This document shows, piece after piece, positions 14,632 through 28,392 of a DNA stretch of 64,000 bases (position 1 is its first letter; each line of letters starts with the position of its first letter). The translations under genes and the position numbers were made by a program. The DNA comes from Octopus vulgaris (Eukaryota): NCBI GenBank assembly GCA_951406725.2, contig OX597830.1, positions 9,486,001 to 9,550,000 on the forward strand, read 5' to 3'. The notes beneath the pieces are model-generated. The model was given only the letters and a program-made list of their open reading frames with translations, searched no databases and was not told the DNA's origin.

Positions 14632-15103
14632 ATATATGTCTATATATATATATATATATATTTATAACGTAAAGGTAGCACTATGATATAATCCAGATGT
14701 GGTTAACCACATCGAATTACACCATACCTCATTTGATAGGTTAATCCTAATATTGCTTCATTCGATTTCATCACAGCAAAGACACCAATAAGGAAGAATG
14801 AAGAATTATACATCGTCGAAATATATTTATTGCAGTATTATTGTCATGAAATACACATTAAATTTAATGAGAAGAATATTGTAATAAACGAATTTTGAAG
14901 ATGTCTAAATTCTCCATTCTTCTTTATGGTACACACACACACAAATGCACCCACTCGTATACACACACACACACACATACATGGACACATACACACACGA
15001 CTTATTGCAATACACACCGCGGTCTGTCGTAGCAGGTGAACCGTCCAAGAATTCAAAGGTCAGGAAAAATAAAATGTACACACACAGACAGACAGACAGA
15101 CAG

Positions 15104-15134
<31 letters not shown>

Positions 15135-15209
15135 CATATATATACACACACACACACACATATATATATATACATATATATACACACACACACACACATA
15201 TATATATAT

Positions 15210-15260
<51 letters not shown>

Positions 15261-15376
15261 CATAAATACACACACACATGCACACACTCACACACACACA
15301 CACACACATACACATTTATATATGGGCATTAACATTTATTTTTGCCACGATAAATATATTATTACATATATGGCTT

Positions 15377-15525
15377 TGAGCTGGCAGAATCGTGAGCCTG
15401 GCGGGCAGAATGGCGTAGCGGCATTTCGTTCGTCTTTACGTTCTGAGTTCAAATTCCGCCGAGGTCGACTTTACCTTTCTTCCTTTCGGAGACGATAGAA
15501 ATAAGTACTAGTTGAACTCTGGGTG
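15377..15525 (+). mobile_element. SINE family A, 3'-truncated
   Basis: GAGCTGGCAGAATCG...GAGTTCAAATTCCGCCGAGGTCGACTTT. Confidence 0.8.
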
Positions 15526-15631
15526 GGGGAAAGTATCACCTGCAATGGCTACGCTCATTTTAAATGACTTTTCACTTCATGCCTATATAAAATATGGTTC
15601 AAAAGTCGATTAAGATTGTTCATCATTTTTT

Positions 15632-15822
15632 TAGGCGTAGGAGTGGCTGTGTGGTAAGTAGGCGCAGGAGTGTCTGTGTGGTAAGTACCTTACTTACGAA
15701 CCACATGGTTCCGGGTTCAGTCCCACTGCGTGGCACCTTGGGCAAGTGTCTTTTACTATAGCCCGGGGCTAACCAAAGCCTTGTGAGTGAATATGGTAGA
15801 CGGAAACTGAAAGAAGCCCGTC

Positions 15823-15900
<78 letters not shown>

Positions 15901-16121
15901 ATGTTTGTGTGTCTGTGTTTGTCCCTCCACCCAATACCGCTTGACAAACGATGCTGGTATGTTTACGTTCCCGTAACATGGCGGTTCGGCGAAAGACACC
16001 GATAGAATAAATACTAGGCTTCCAAAGAATAAGTCCTGGGATCGATTTGCTCGACTAAAGGCGGTGCTCTAGCATGGCCACAATCAAATGACTGAAACAA
16101 GTAAAAGAGTAAAAAGAGAGT
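15632..16121 (+). mobile_element. SINE family B with duplicated 5' 28 nt
   Basis: TAGGCGTAGGAGTGGCTGTGTGGTAAG repeated twice, then a full B body. Confidence 0.9.
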
Positions 16122-16700
16122 TAAGTTTCGAGTTAAGTCCGTTCTGAAGAACAGAAGAAAATACACTAACAAAAAACAAAAAAAAAATTACCAACAACGC
16201 TGTAGATGAGTTCGCGGCGCTTATTGAAACTCGGTTGTGCCGATAACAAATCGACCGTGATAACCGTTACACCAGGGGGTCCACCTGATCGCTGCTATCG
16301 TACTTAGCTCTCGTAAACAATCCGTTGGATCAGCTTCTGCTGTTTAGTTCTGCTTGTATTACATAAACTTCGTTCGTATTTTTGACAGTTTCTGAACCCC
16401 CGGCGGAGAGGTCGTCTGGTTGTTGTCAACACAGACTACTCTCACACCAGGTACTTCCAGGCTGTCTTCTAGTACGATCCCAGGATATTGAACGTAATAT
16501 AAACCGTTGAGATTTTTAAGTAGATTCGCAAGCACACCAGAGGATGGGAAAATGTGGAAAGGATCGCCTATGAGAATTCAATCATGTGTGTTTATGAGAG
16601 AGGGAGAGAGAGGGAGAGAAAGAAAGGGGGTATGTGTGAATAGGCCAGTGTGAAAGAGAAAGAAAGAGAGATGGAGAGATTGGGAGAGAGGAGAAAGAAG

Positions 16701-16731
<31 letters not shown>

Positions 16732-16846
16732 AGTGTGTGTGTGTGTGTGTATACACACATGTACGTTATATGATAATGCGGGTGTTTGTTTATGAGCACG
16801 TAATTATAACTATATTGAAAAGAGAAACAAATTTATCTTCTATCTT

Positions 16847-16961
<115 letters not shown>

Positions 16962-17072
16962 TATTTTTGGTTGTTTATGTACTTTTTCATACAGACGTAC
17001 CACCCACACAACTTTTATTACATTCCTATAGATTTGAATACACAACACAAGCAACATACGTGCACATACTCA

Positions 17073-17119
<47 letters not shown>

Positions 17120-17122
<3 letters not shown>

Positions 17123-17305
17123 TAATCCAAACAAGAAAACACACAAAAAAACCAAAAAACAAAACAAAAAAACACAGCAACGCGAGGACGTGGAACACAT
17201 AAAGTATTATTGGACGCTCAGGAAAGAAGAGAAGAAGGAGGGTTTAACGTTTCGAGCGGAGCTCTTCGTCGGAAACATAGGAGAAGGAAAGATCCAGAGA
17301 AGGGA

Positions 17306-17310
<5 letters not shown>
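17120..17310 (-). mobile_element. Penelope-like 3' fragment with minimal hammerhead motif, flanked by (TA)n
   Basis: Minus strand GTTT-CCGACGA-A-GAGC-tcc-GCTC-GAAA-CGTT-AAAC at 17241-17277. Confidence 0.55.
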
Positions 17311-17340
<30 letters not shown>

Positions 17341-17348
17341 GAACCTGA

Positions 17349-17671
17349 AGGCGCATGACTCAGTGGTTAGACCACTGGGCTCACAATCACGAGGCAGTGT
17401 TGGGCCGTGTGTTGTGTTCTTGAGCAAGACACTTTATTTCCCGTTGCTCTAGTTCACTCAGCTGTAGAAACTAGCTGTGATGTCACTGGTGCCAAACTGT
17501 ATCGGCCCCTTTTCCAGTCTCTTGGATAACATTAGTTGCATGGAAAGCGGTGGCTGGTGTGCATGGGCAACTGCGAGTCTTCTTTGGAAACCATCTTTGT
17601 CCGGACTTCTGCTTCGAATGGAACTTTCTAGGTGAAATCCCATGGTCATTCATATGACTGAAGGGGTTCTT

Positions 17672-17672
<1 letters not shown>
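17349..17672 (+). mobile_element. SINE with family D head and a different tail
   Basis: GGCGCATGACTCAGTGGTTAG...TGTGTTCTTGAGCAAGACACTTTATTTC...CACTCAGCTG, then a tail unrelated to the 27551 copy. Confidence 0.7.
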
Positions 17673-17721
<49 letters not shown>

Positions 17722-18394
17722 TTATATATATATACATACACAAACACACATACAGACATATATATCTGCGTGTGTATGTGTGTGTGTGTAGTTGTTTATG
17801 AACCAAACAAAAGCATGTATTTGTATAGTTGTGTATTTATCAACCATTTCTCTGAATATATGTCTATATTTATGTATATATATTCATAAATGTGTGCGTT
17901 AGCCATATGTTTATATGTATATATATATATATGCTTCTACCACAGGTATTTATGTATGTACATATGCATCTATCAGTCGTATGTATAGTATTTATCTGTA
18001 TAGCCACTGCGATAACCTGGTTAAATATCTTTATGAAGATAATCGTATTTCTTCAATCCTTATCGTTTATTTACCCTAACTTACATCTTCTGTTGTGATT
18101 TCGTGTTGTTTCATAGAAACAGATTTTGTTTTAACCCCAGGTCGGTCCTGATTGCACACACCTATAATAAAAATCTCTCTAGCCTTGACCAACTAGTCTT
18201 TTAGTTTTCGTTTTTGATTGTTATTTTCCTCAAAACAAATATCTAGAAATACATCCGCCAACGTATTTTATTGTCGAAGATACCAAAAGTGAAATTTGAG
18301 GAAGATTAAGCTGTTCTATTTAACAAGTTGATTGACCACGCACAGGCTTTCTCGTTAACCCGTTGATTTGCTTGGTTTAGTGTTTAGCATATTC

Positions 18395-18700
18395 CAGAGG
18401 TTCTGAAACTTTTTGGGCCACCGCCCCCCCCCCATGACCACATAATATCCTCAGTGCTCCCATCCCTATTTTTATGTATAACTTTTTTTTTACTTGTTTC
18501 AGTCATTTGACTGCGGCCATGCTGGAGCACCAATTTTAGTCGAGCAAATCGATCCTAGGACTTATACTTTGGAAGCCTAGTACTTATTCTATCGGTCTTT
18601 TGCCGAATCGCTAAGTTACGGGGACGTAAACACACCAGTATCGGTCATCAAGCGATGTTCGGGGGACAAACACAGACACACAAACATACACACACACGCG

Positions 18701-18774
<74 letters not shown>

Positions 18775-19055
18775 CGACGAGCTTCTTCCAGTTTCCGTCT
18801 ACCAAATCCACTCACAAGGCTTTGGTCGGCTCGAGGCTATAGTAGAAGACATTTGCCCAAGATGCTACGCAGTGGGACTGAACCCAGAACCATGTGGTAG
18901 GTACAACAAGAGTCCCCCAATCCACTACAGCCTTCCTCCAAACGCCTCCTTTTTCTCTACCAATCTCTACCACCCCCTTAGGCGCCAGCGCCCACCTGAA
19001 CCGTCTCTACGCCCACTGGGGGAGGGGGCGATAGCGCCCACTTTGAGAACCTATG
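18395..19055. mobile_element. hAT-like MITE containing a nested SINE B
   Basis: Termini CAGAGGTTCTGAAAC ... CTTTGAGAACCTATG; degenerate 8-bp flanks GCATATTC/GTGCATTC. Confidence 0.55.
18482..18900 (-). mobile_element. SINE family B, 5'-truncated
   Basis: Reverse complement of B body with internal (TA)(TG)n. Confidence 0.85.
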
Positions 19056-19059
19056 GTGC

Positions 19060-19350
19060 ATTCGGATGACGGTCGTAAGTTTGTGAGTTCGATTCCAGGT
19101 AGTTCGTTTTGTCCTTAAACAAAACACTTCTTGTTGTTGCAGTTCACTTGGGCTGCTAAAACTTTGGTTGGACTTGTAATTCAATGGGTCGACCTTGTCA
19201 CATTCTGTGTCACGCTGAATCAGCATGAGAACTACATTAAGGACACATGTGTCTGAGGAGTGCTCAACCGCTTACACGTTAATTTCAGAACCAGGCTGTT
19301 CCGCTGATCGAATCAACCGGAACCCTCGTCATCGTAACCGACGGAGCGCC
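19060..19350 (+). mobile_element. Diverged SINE family D
   Basis: GAGTTCGATTCC head remnant; tail CACGTTAATTTCAG...GGAACCCTCGTCATCGTAACCGACGGAG. Confidence 0.65.
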
Positions 19351-19410
19351 AAGCAGAATGTGTATGCGCAAGCAGTTAGTCCGGTAAGTATATAGTGTTA
19401 GATTGGTAGC

Positions 19411-19413
<3 letters not shown>

Positions 19414-19460
<47 letters not shown>

Positions 19461-19712
19461 TACAGACAGACAGAGAATGAAAGAATGAGAGGACAGAGAA
19501 AGAGAGAAACATAGACAGAGAGAGAAGGATAGAGAATGAGAGAAGGAGAGAGAGGAGAAGAGAGAGAAGGAGAGAAGGAGAGAGAGAAGAAGAGAGAGAA
19601 GGAGAGAGAGAAGGAGAGGGGAGAGAATGGGACAAGGAGAGAGAGACAGACAGCGAGAGAATGAGTGAGAGAGACAGAGAGAGAATGAGAGAAGGAGAGA
19701 GAGAGAGAGAAT

Positions 19713-19760
<48 letters not shown>
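19414..19760. repeat. (GA)n / GA-rich polypurine tract
   Basis: Direct reading. Confidence 0.9.
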
Positions 19761-19761
<1 letters not shown>

Positions 19762-20142
19762 GTGTGTGTGCAAGAATATCTGGCTTACAATTACACAGTT
19801 CAGGCTGCAATCAAACTGAGCTGCACATTAAGCCATAATAATAATTTGAGCAGCGAGTTGAGCCATACACGCACATTCAGATCTAACCAAATGATCTCCG
19901 TAATATTTCTGACAATATTTATCGACCCGATTCATTTCTTGGTCTTTCATGGAGCCATTCCGATGTCCATCCATGCCGTCTACTTCGCAATAGCATCGCA
20001 CCATTCTTATTCTGTTCTTATTGTATTTTCTGTTTTCGCAAATAAAAAGAAACTTTTGCATTCCTGAATCAGTTAACCTAAATAGGTGAGAGAACCAATG
20101 CGTTTTACATTTTTTTTTTTTTTTTTTGCTATTTCAGGACAT

Positions 20143-20525
20143 GGAAGCACTCCGTCGGTTCCGACGACGAGGGTTCCGGTTGATCCGAATCAACGGAACA
20201 GCCTGCTCGTGAAATTAACGTGTAAGTGGCTTAGCACTCCACAGACACGTGCACCCTTAACGTAGTTCTCGGGGATATTCAGCGTGACACAGAGAGTGAC
20301 AAGGCCGGCCCTTTGAAATACAGGTACAACAGAAACAGGAAGTAAGAGTGAGAGAAAGTTGTGGTGAAAGAGTACAGCAGGGATCACCACCATCCCTGCC
20401 GGAGCCTCGTAGAGCTTTAGGTGTTTTCGCTCAATAAACACACACAACGCCCGGTCTGGGAATCGAAACCGCGATCCTACGACCGCGAGTCTGCTGCCCT
20501 AACCACTGGGCCATTGCGCCTCCAC
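20143..20525 (-). mobile_element. Full-length SINE family C (tRNA head, possibly Arg-derived)
   Basis: Minus strand GTGGAGGCGCAATGGCCCAGTGGTTAGGGCAG...GGTTTCGATTCCC; perfect 12-bp TSD ATTTCAGGACAT (20131-20142, 20526-20537). Confidence 0.92.
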
Positions 20526-20636
20526 ATTTCAGGACATATGCATCCGTACAAACATCAAGAGAAGACGGAGTGCGTGTGGGAGAGAGAGCGTGAATGAGGG
20601 AATGCGAAGGAAAGAAAGAGGGGGAGAAGTGAGAAA

Positions 20637-20679
<43 letters not shown>

Positions 20680-20895
20680 GAAGAGTAGAGCGGTTCCATC
20701 TAAGTTACAATGGTTTAATATATTATACTATGAAGAGATATCTCTTCAATAAATATATTACAAATATCAAATATTATTAAGAAATAAAATGGAGAGATTT
20801 AAAGGTTAAAATTAATTCATTAATTAATTAACATTGCCTTCAATTGTTTCAATTCACACTCAATTGAAGATGTTAAGAGGAATATTACCTTTTAT

Positions 20896-21200
20896 TGTGG
20901 AGGAGCAGTGGCCCAATGGTTAGGGCAGTGGACTCGCGGTCGGAGGATCGCAGTTTCGATTCTCAGACCGGGCGTTGTGTGTATTTATTGAGCGAAAACA
21001 CCTAAAAGCTCCACGAGGCTCCGGCAGGGGTGGTGGTGACCACTGTTGTATTCTTTCGCCACAACTTTCTCTCACTCTCTCTTCATGTTTCCTGAGTAAC
21101 GCTGCGATGGACTGGCGTCCTGTCCAGCTGGAGTGAACACATATGCCACAGAAACCGGGAAACTGGGCCCATGAGCCTTGCTAGGCTTGAAAAGGGCGAT
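20896..21200 (+). mobile_element. SINE family C head with alternative tail 2
   Basis: C head and body, then GCTGCGATGGACTGGCGTCCTGTCCAG...GAAACCGGGAAACTGGGCCCATGAGCC (V-SINE-like motif, from memory). Confidence 0.85.
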
Positions 21201-21443
21201 GTTTACGTTATAACCTTTTATTATTATTTTTTACTATTTTATTTATGTCAGTATAACTTATCATAGTCTGAATAGTTTTTATTATTTTTATTTTTATCAA
21301 TTCTTATCACTTTTTAGTGATATTTATTATTTACTTTTACTTATTTTTATCTTTATTTTTATTTTTATATATGCATATTACAAATTTTCATACTTTTATA
21401 TATTTTATTTTATCATATTTTAAGAAAGATATAGACGTGCGCG

Positions 21444-21520
<77 letters not shown>

Positions 21521-21757
21521 GCGCGCGCGAACACACACACAAATAACCAAACATGCTCTCATCTACTTAGTCTGTTAAAATATCTCAACTGGTCAACATG
21601 TAACATCCTTAATGTCCCTTCGCCCTGATGATATTCCACTCAAAATCTTCTATTAAGTGTGATTTGAGACAATTGTAGGCAGACTTTTAATAAATTAATT
21701 TTATCCATTAAATCTCTCCATTTTCTTATTTAATAATAAATATTATATATATATAAA

Positions 21758-22789
21758 CTAGCAGTATAACCCGGCCTTGCTGGGGATTAAGTTACAATTA
21801 TTGAGCTAATCAAGTTCTTTATTTCAAACCAAACTAAGTAATATAAACGTCAGATTTGGGCGAAATCCGTTGAAATTAGTTATATTATATATATGTATTA
21901 TACGTATAATATATATATATATTATATATATATATAATATAATATAAATATATATGGGCAACAGACACGAACACACACACACACACATATGTACGTACAC
22001 CTATTGCATGTTTTGTGCACGCATACATGTTCATAAACAGAAATGAATGGGAAAAATGTCGTTAAATTTGTAGATTAACACTCGCACAATTTTAACTAAG
22101 AAAGAAATCGGTTTTTTTGCGTGGAATCAACTACTCTGGCCTCAAAATCCTTGTACCCATTTATATTGTGTAATTCACTGACAAATTGTTACTCACCTCT
22201 TTGTTTCTTTGTTGTTAAACATATGGGTTATCAACAAAACACTTTTCCACTCGGTGTAAAATAAAAATAAAACTCTTTCGCACCCAAAGTAATGTGTGTG
22301 AGAGAGAGGGGGGGAGAAAGGTGAACGATTTAAAATAAATATATTGTAATTGTGTGAGAAAGTATATATACTATGATTTTAAAATATAGGGTGCCTTTCA
22401 AAAACAAAAAACAAAACATTTTACATTTTATTTCTTATGAACGTAGTCACTTACTCTCTCTCTCTCTCTCTCACTTTGTCTTTCCCGTGAAACTCTCTGC
22501 CTCCTTCTTCCATTTTTCTTTATCTTATTTTTTTCTTTTTGTTAGACACCATCAAAAAGCAATGGCTGATATTTGTTATGGCTAAAAGCTATGGTTGAAA
22601 ATAGATTTTTACCCTATCCGCGGATGCCTCGGGAAAAAAATAAGTTAACAAAACCCAGATAGGATGTTGACAAATGTCCTCCTAAAATTTGAGCGACATG
22701 CGTGCTAATTTGTGGATGTGCATAAATTACAATCACGTACACACACACACACGCAGACACACCCTCCCTTTTATAGATATGATTAGAGA
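21758..22789 (-). mobile_element. Non-autonomous Helitron
   Basis: Minus-strand 3' end CCCCAGCAAGGCCGGGTTATACTG-CTAG (hairpin + CTAG) matching the 52241 end; 5' TC start; A|T insertion site. Confidence 0.6.
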
Positions 22790-22960
22790 TAAAACCACTA
22801 TTATGCAGCTTAAAGAGTGATAGACATAAACCAAAACATATATAACAAATAAAATATATTTTTATAAAACATATAAGTAGATTTCAAAAAGTATAAAAAT
22901 GAATAATCGATATAGAATAAATAAGTATGTATGTATGTATGTATCTATCTATATATATAT

Positions 22961-23431
22961 AGCAATAATAAATCTCTGAGTGAGATGTTAACAGTAGCAG
23001 TGTGGCATCGTAAAATATGATTGCCACCTAAATGTGGCTGACTCTTATGGGACGATGCTGCTGTTGTTTATAGCCCCTTCAAGGCATCTCCTCCTGCTGG
23101 CTTACGACACATTGTGTCCGATCAGTATTTGCGAAGGCAAATCATCGTTTCCATCTCTAGCCTTATGTAATACACACGGACCCGGGTTTCTGAATAGTAA
23201 CCCGTCATCAGCGTGTGACGATCAGCAGTTAGGAATGACAACTGATTTCAAACACAAAATATTATATGCCTTTTCCCGTGACAAACCATCGCTGATCTCG
23301 AAAAAGGAGGAACCAGCAATAATAAATCTCTGAGCGAGATATAAACAGTAGCTGCACGACATCGTGAAGTATGTTTGCCACCTCAAAGTGACTGACCCAT
23401 ATGGGACGATGCTACTGTAGTTTATAGCCCC
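22961..23431. repeat. ~115-bp direct repeat pair separated by ~240 bp
   Basis: AGCAATAATAAATCTCTGAG...ATGGGACGATGCT...GTTTATAGCCCC at ~22961-23077 and ~23315-23431. Confidence 0.8.
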
Positions 23432-23497
23432 AGGAAGACATATATATATATATATTTATTTAAATATTGTATATATATAAACTTATATACAGATATG

Positions 23498-23531
<34 letters not shown>

Positions 23532-23539
23532 AAATATGC

Positions 23540-23583
<44 letters not shown>

Positions 23584-23596
23584 TACTCATGCTCGA

Positions 23597-23639
<43 letters not shown>

Positions 23640-24085
23640 AAATTATTTAATTTTTTTTTTTTTTCGGTTGAGCGTTCTGTATCTAGTTCTGGAAATTGTG
23701 TTTTGTAAACGACAGACTATGCTGATGATCTTGCAGATGTTTACGTGTCCATATACGTAAATATTAACAAGTGAAACCAATGGTACATAGGTAATCGTCT
23801 TTTATTTCGTATATGTTCATCTGTCTTGCTTATTTTTAAACTTTTGACTTTTGCTGAGATTTTTCTTCAGAACGCATTCTTCGTGGTAAATAGCGATTTG
23901 ACGTCTATGTTTAGCACTTATAGTGGACAGTCCTCTAAATTTTGTATATATATATATATATATAAACTTACTTGGAGGATAAGAAACGACGCGAGGCGCT
24001 CAGTCATATAATAACAATTTAACAAATAAAACATATGCATACATACATATATGTACATATCTACATCTATATGTATATATACATG

Positions 24086-24208
<123 letters not shown>

Positions 24209-24239
24209 GTATAAAATGCATATGTATATATATATATAA

Positions 24240-24385
24240 GTACAGGACACCACAAATAAACGTAGAACACAACGAGAAACGAAAACATAAAAACAAACAA
24301 GGAAACAGACTTTTTTAACAACGAAAAAACAGGGTACAAGACAAATAATACAAGGAAAATTCCCCTTCTTCAGCTGCCCCTGGTT
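24240..24385 (-). mobile_element. Dispersed repeat end abutting (TA)n, related to 52330 and 53085
   Basis: Minus strand ...TTTTCGTTTCTCGTTGTGTTCTACGTTT...TGTCCTGTAC followed by a TA tract; CTGAAGA-AGGGGAA at its 5' side. Confidence 0.6.
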
Positions 24386-24736
24386 ATTTATATATATATA
24401 TTAGCAAATGTAAGGACATGCAAGTTTAGGCAAATCAATATACACAAATTATTAAATACATTTACTACAACAAATGTACATATATATGCGTATACATATG
24501 TACCCCGGCTCACACAGAAATATCAGGAAACAAATTGGTTGGATTTTACATTTTGACATTTTTTGCATTAAGTGTATTATATTGACTTGCCTAACTTGCT
24601 TGTCCTTACATTTACTCCTATACCTGGCCAAATTTCTTGAGTACTACGATGTGTATTCTATAAAGATAATACCTGTCTTTAATCTATAAAGTATAAACAC
24701 ACACACAAACATATATATGTGTGTATATATATATAT

Positions 24737-24771
<35 letters not shown>

Positions 24772-25388
24772 CGCATATATACATATACATACACAAACAC
24801 ACACACACACATATATATATGTATATATGTTTGTGTATATTCATGTATTTGTATTTATATGTGCATATATATCGTATATTGTCTAACAAGTTGTCGTGTA
24901 CTAAAATGACCCTGAAAATATCACCTTATCAAATCAGCGACAAGAAAATACAGGTAACAGATGTTCGAAATCAGTTGGAATCAAATTACAATGTTTACTT
25001 GCGGACATGATTTGTGACACAAAATATTGCTTAGGATACGGTTCTTTGCATTCCGGTTTCAAATCACGCCGAGGTCAACTTTGACTTTCGTCCCATCATT
25101 CTAGATAAATATTTTACCAGACAAGTTCTGTGGCCAATGGTATCTGGCCTGGAGTCTTTTACGGTCAGAGTTCGAACTCTGCAGAAGGACTTGGGCGCGC
25201 GCTTGTGTCAGTGTGCAAATGTGTCTGTGTTATGTTTATATATATTATAATTATATACATAATTATAACAAGAGTTTGGCTTGCGCCTCACCGCACACTC
25301 AAAAATAGACGTGAAAAGACGCTATTGCTACCATAAATTCTCCGAGAAAAATACACTATATATAGGCAAGTAGAAGAAAGAAAATCAA

Positions 25389-25450
<62 letters not shown>

Positions 25451-25456
25451 TAGATA

Positions 25457-25840
25457 GGCGCAGGAGTGGCTGTGTAGTAAATAGCTTGCTTACCAATCAC
25501 ATGGTTCCGGGTTCAGTCCCACTGCGTGGCATCTTGGGCAAGTGTCTTCTACTACAGCCTCGGGTCGACCAAAGCCTTGTGAGTGGATTTGGTAGACGGA
25601 AACTGAAAGAAGCCCGTCGTATATATGTATGTTTGTGTGTCTGTGTCCCCCCAGCATCGCATTACAAACGACGCTGCTGTGTTTGCATCCCCGTCACTTA
25701 GCGGTTCGGCAACAGACACGGATAGAATAAGTACCAGGCTTACAATGAATAAGTCCTGGAGTCGCTTTGCTCGACTAAAGGCGGTGCTCCACCATGGCTG
25801 CAGTCAAATGACTGAAGCAAATAAAAGAATAAAAAAAAGA
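25457..25840 (+). mobile_element. SINE family B
   Basis: Full head, short internal microsatellite, tail. Confidence 0.9.
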
Positions 25841-25971
25841 ATATATTTATATATATATATATATTATTACTCAGTATATAAAACTATGACTTTGATTCTG
25901 AATGTATATATACATATAATGCCTTCATCAGCAGACACAAAAAGTAAACATCAATTTGTAAAGATTGAAGT

Positions 25972-26433
25972 TTAACTCTTTTGATACCAAAACCAGCTGA
26001 AACTGCCTTTGGCTCTGTTGTACACAATGTCTTTTTTTCAAAAGTTCTGAATTTAAATCTTCTACCAAACTAAGTTCCCAGCTCTAGCTGAATGATGACT
26101 AAGTTATTTTACTAAATTTTTTGTTATATTTAAAGAAACACACAGCATCTCAAAATAAATACAGTAACGAAAGGATTGAAATATATAATAGAGAAACAAT
26201 CCTTAACCCTTTTGGTACCAACCCAGCTGAAACTGCTCCTGGCTCTCTTGTAGAAAATGTCATGTTTTCAAACATTCTGAAATAAAATCTTCCACCAAAC
26301 CTTAGTCACAATCTATGTTCCTAACACTAGCTTAATGGTAACTTAGTTATTTTACTGAACCCCTTGTTATATTTAAAATTAATTGAAAAGAACACAGAGC
26401 ATCTCAACAAAAGTATGGTAACAAGAGAGTTAA
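25972..26433. mobile_element. Two tandem piggyBac-like MITE copies
   Basis: Units 25972-26179 and 26203-26433 are homologous; second is TTAA-CCCTTTTGGTACC ... GGTAACAAGAGAG-TTAA. Confidence 0.6.
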
Positions 26434-26960
26434 AAAGTGGAGATGAAAAGAAAACAATTGAAGGTTGTGATTATGAAATAGGCGTCCAAGGGTCTGCAGC
26501 GTGAGATGGAAGCACGAAACTTGGACTCGGGTATGTAGCCAACTCCTTAACCGCATAGCCGTACCTGCACTCCGAATTTTCGAACGATTCTAAGTTAACA
26601 ATCCGATTCTATTTGGAGTTGAGTAACTGCGACACCTCGAACTAATACTTCCATGAAATAAACAGAAATAAATAAATAAATACATAAGAAAGGATGTTGA
26701 GATGTCTTCGAGATGTTGATGTTTTTGTTGATGGTGGTTGAGTAGTAGTAGTAGTAGTCGTAGTGGCGGTGGTAGTGGTGGTGGAGGTGGTGGTAGTGGT
26801 TCCGATATTACTGTGGTGCAAAAGGGGAAGGTGAGAGGTATTTTCCCACGGGTATTTCAGAACATCCTACACATATATCCTGAAAACATCTCTCTCTCTT
26901 ACTCTCTCTCTCTCTATCTCCATCTATCTGTTTGTCTGTCTGTCTGTCTATCTGTCTGTA

Positions 26961-26991
<31 letters not shown>

Positions 26992-27116
26992 TTTTCTTTC
27001 TCTCTTTCTCTGACTCTCTCTCTCTCACCTACACACAGTCTTTTACTGAATCCTCATCACACCACGTATATCCTCTCTCTCTCTCACATACACACATACT
27101 CATAAACCACACACAT

Positions 27117-27163
<47 letters not shown>

Positions 27164-27550
27164 AATGCACGCACACACACTCTAGATATATACCGAATGC
27201 ATTACAAATGTCACACACGCAAATGCACAACATACACACAGTGAGCATAATACAGCTCACCGCACACATACACACACACACGTACACACTCATACTAAAT
27301 ATACACGACACACATTTCACGCTTAACACGCACACACACAAACACTATTAACATGCTGCACACATTACACACGACACACGTACACAAATATACAACACAC
27401 ACTATACAACATATAAACACACACAAAATTCACTGCGTACACACATATACACACAACATATACCTTTATACACGGCATACAACATACTAAGAAAACACAC
27501 ACACATACACACCATTCTATTTTACGTATACGTTATACAGCATCACTGGC

Positions 27551-27872
27551 GAAGGTGCGTGGCTTAGTGGTTAGGGCATTCGGCTCACGATTGTAAGGTC
27601 GTGAGTTCAATTCCCGGCAACGCATTTTGTCCTTGAACAAGAAACTTTATTTCACGTTACTCCAGTCCACTCAGCTGGCAAAAATGAGTAGTACCTGTAT
27701 TTCAAAGGACCAACTTTGTCACACTCTGCATCACGTTGAATCTCTCCGAGAACTACGTTAAGGGTACACGTGTCTGTGGAGTGCTCAGCCACTTCCGCGT
27801 TAATTTCACGAGCAAGCTGTTCCGTTGATCGCATCAGCCGGGACCCTCGTCGTCGTAGCAGACAGAGTACTC
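27551..27872 (+). mobile_element. SINE family D, full length
   Basis: GGTGCGTGGCTTAGTGGTTAGG (box A)...GAGTTCAATTCCC (box B); tail homologous to family C tail 1. Confidence 0.85.
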
Positions 27873-27899
27873 CTATTATTGTATTTGATCCCCTCCATC

Positions 27900-28066
27900 A
27901 CCATCGCTTCACAACCGATGTTGGTGTGTTTATGTGACCGAAACTTGGCGGTTTGGCAAAAGAGACCGATAAATTAAGTACTAGGCTTACAAAGAATAAG
28001 TCCTGGGGTCAATTTCTGCGACTGAAGGCGGTCAAATGACTGAAACGTGTATAAGAGTAGAAGAGT
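27900..28066 (+). mobile_element. 3' half of SINE family B
   Basis: CATCGCTTCACAACCGATG...GGCTTACAAAGAATAAGTCC...CAAATGACTGAAAC. Confidence 0.75.
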
Positions 28067-28336
28067 AATATATATATCGTATGTAAAAGTGTCGTAAGTC
28101 CAAAACGCTGCTTTTTCAGAAAACGAAAAAACAGTTTCACCATTCCATAAGCAAAACCGTTGTACTACCCTTTGACAATTTTTGATATCTTGGCATCTGA
28201 AGCAGCTGGAGATACGATAGTTTGACCAAAAGAATCGCCTATTGCAAGCATAAATAAATATTGGAAAAAACGCATTTGGTCAAATTTGGACATACGACAG
28301 TTTAACATAATAACAACGACACACACACACACACAC

Positions 28337-28392
<56 letters not shown>

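Noticed and set aside
16380-16455. Possible small exon (TTTTTGACAG...CCAG|GTAC)
   Set aside because: Weak donor and unrecognisable peptide; not supportable without transcripts
20460-20525. Bona fide tRNA genes at SINE heads (also 11298, 27551, 60831)
   Set aside because: Box A/B present but no closing acceptor stem or terminator; each continues into a SINE body
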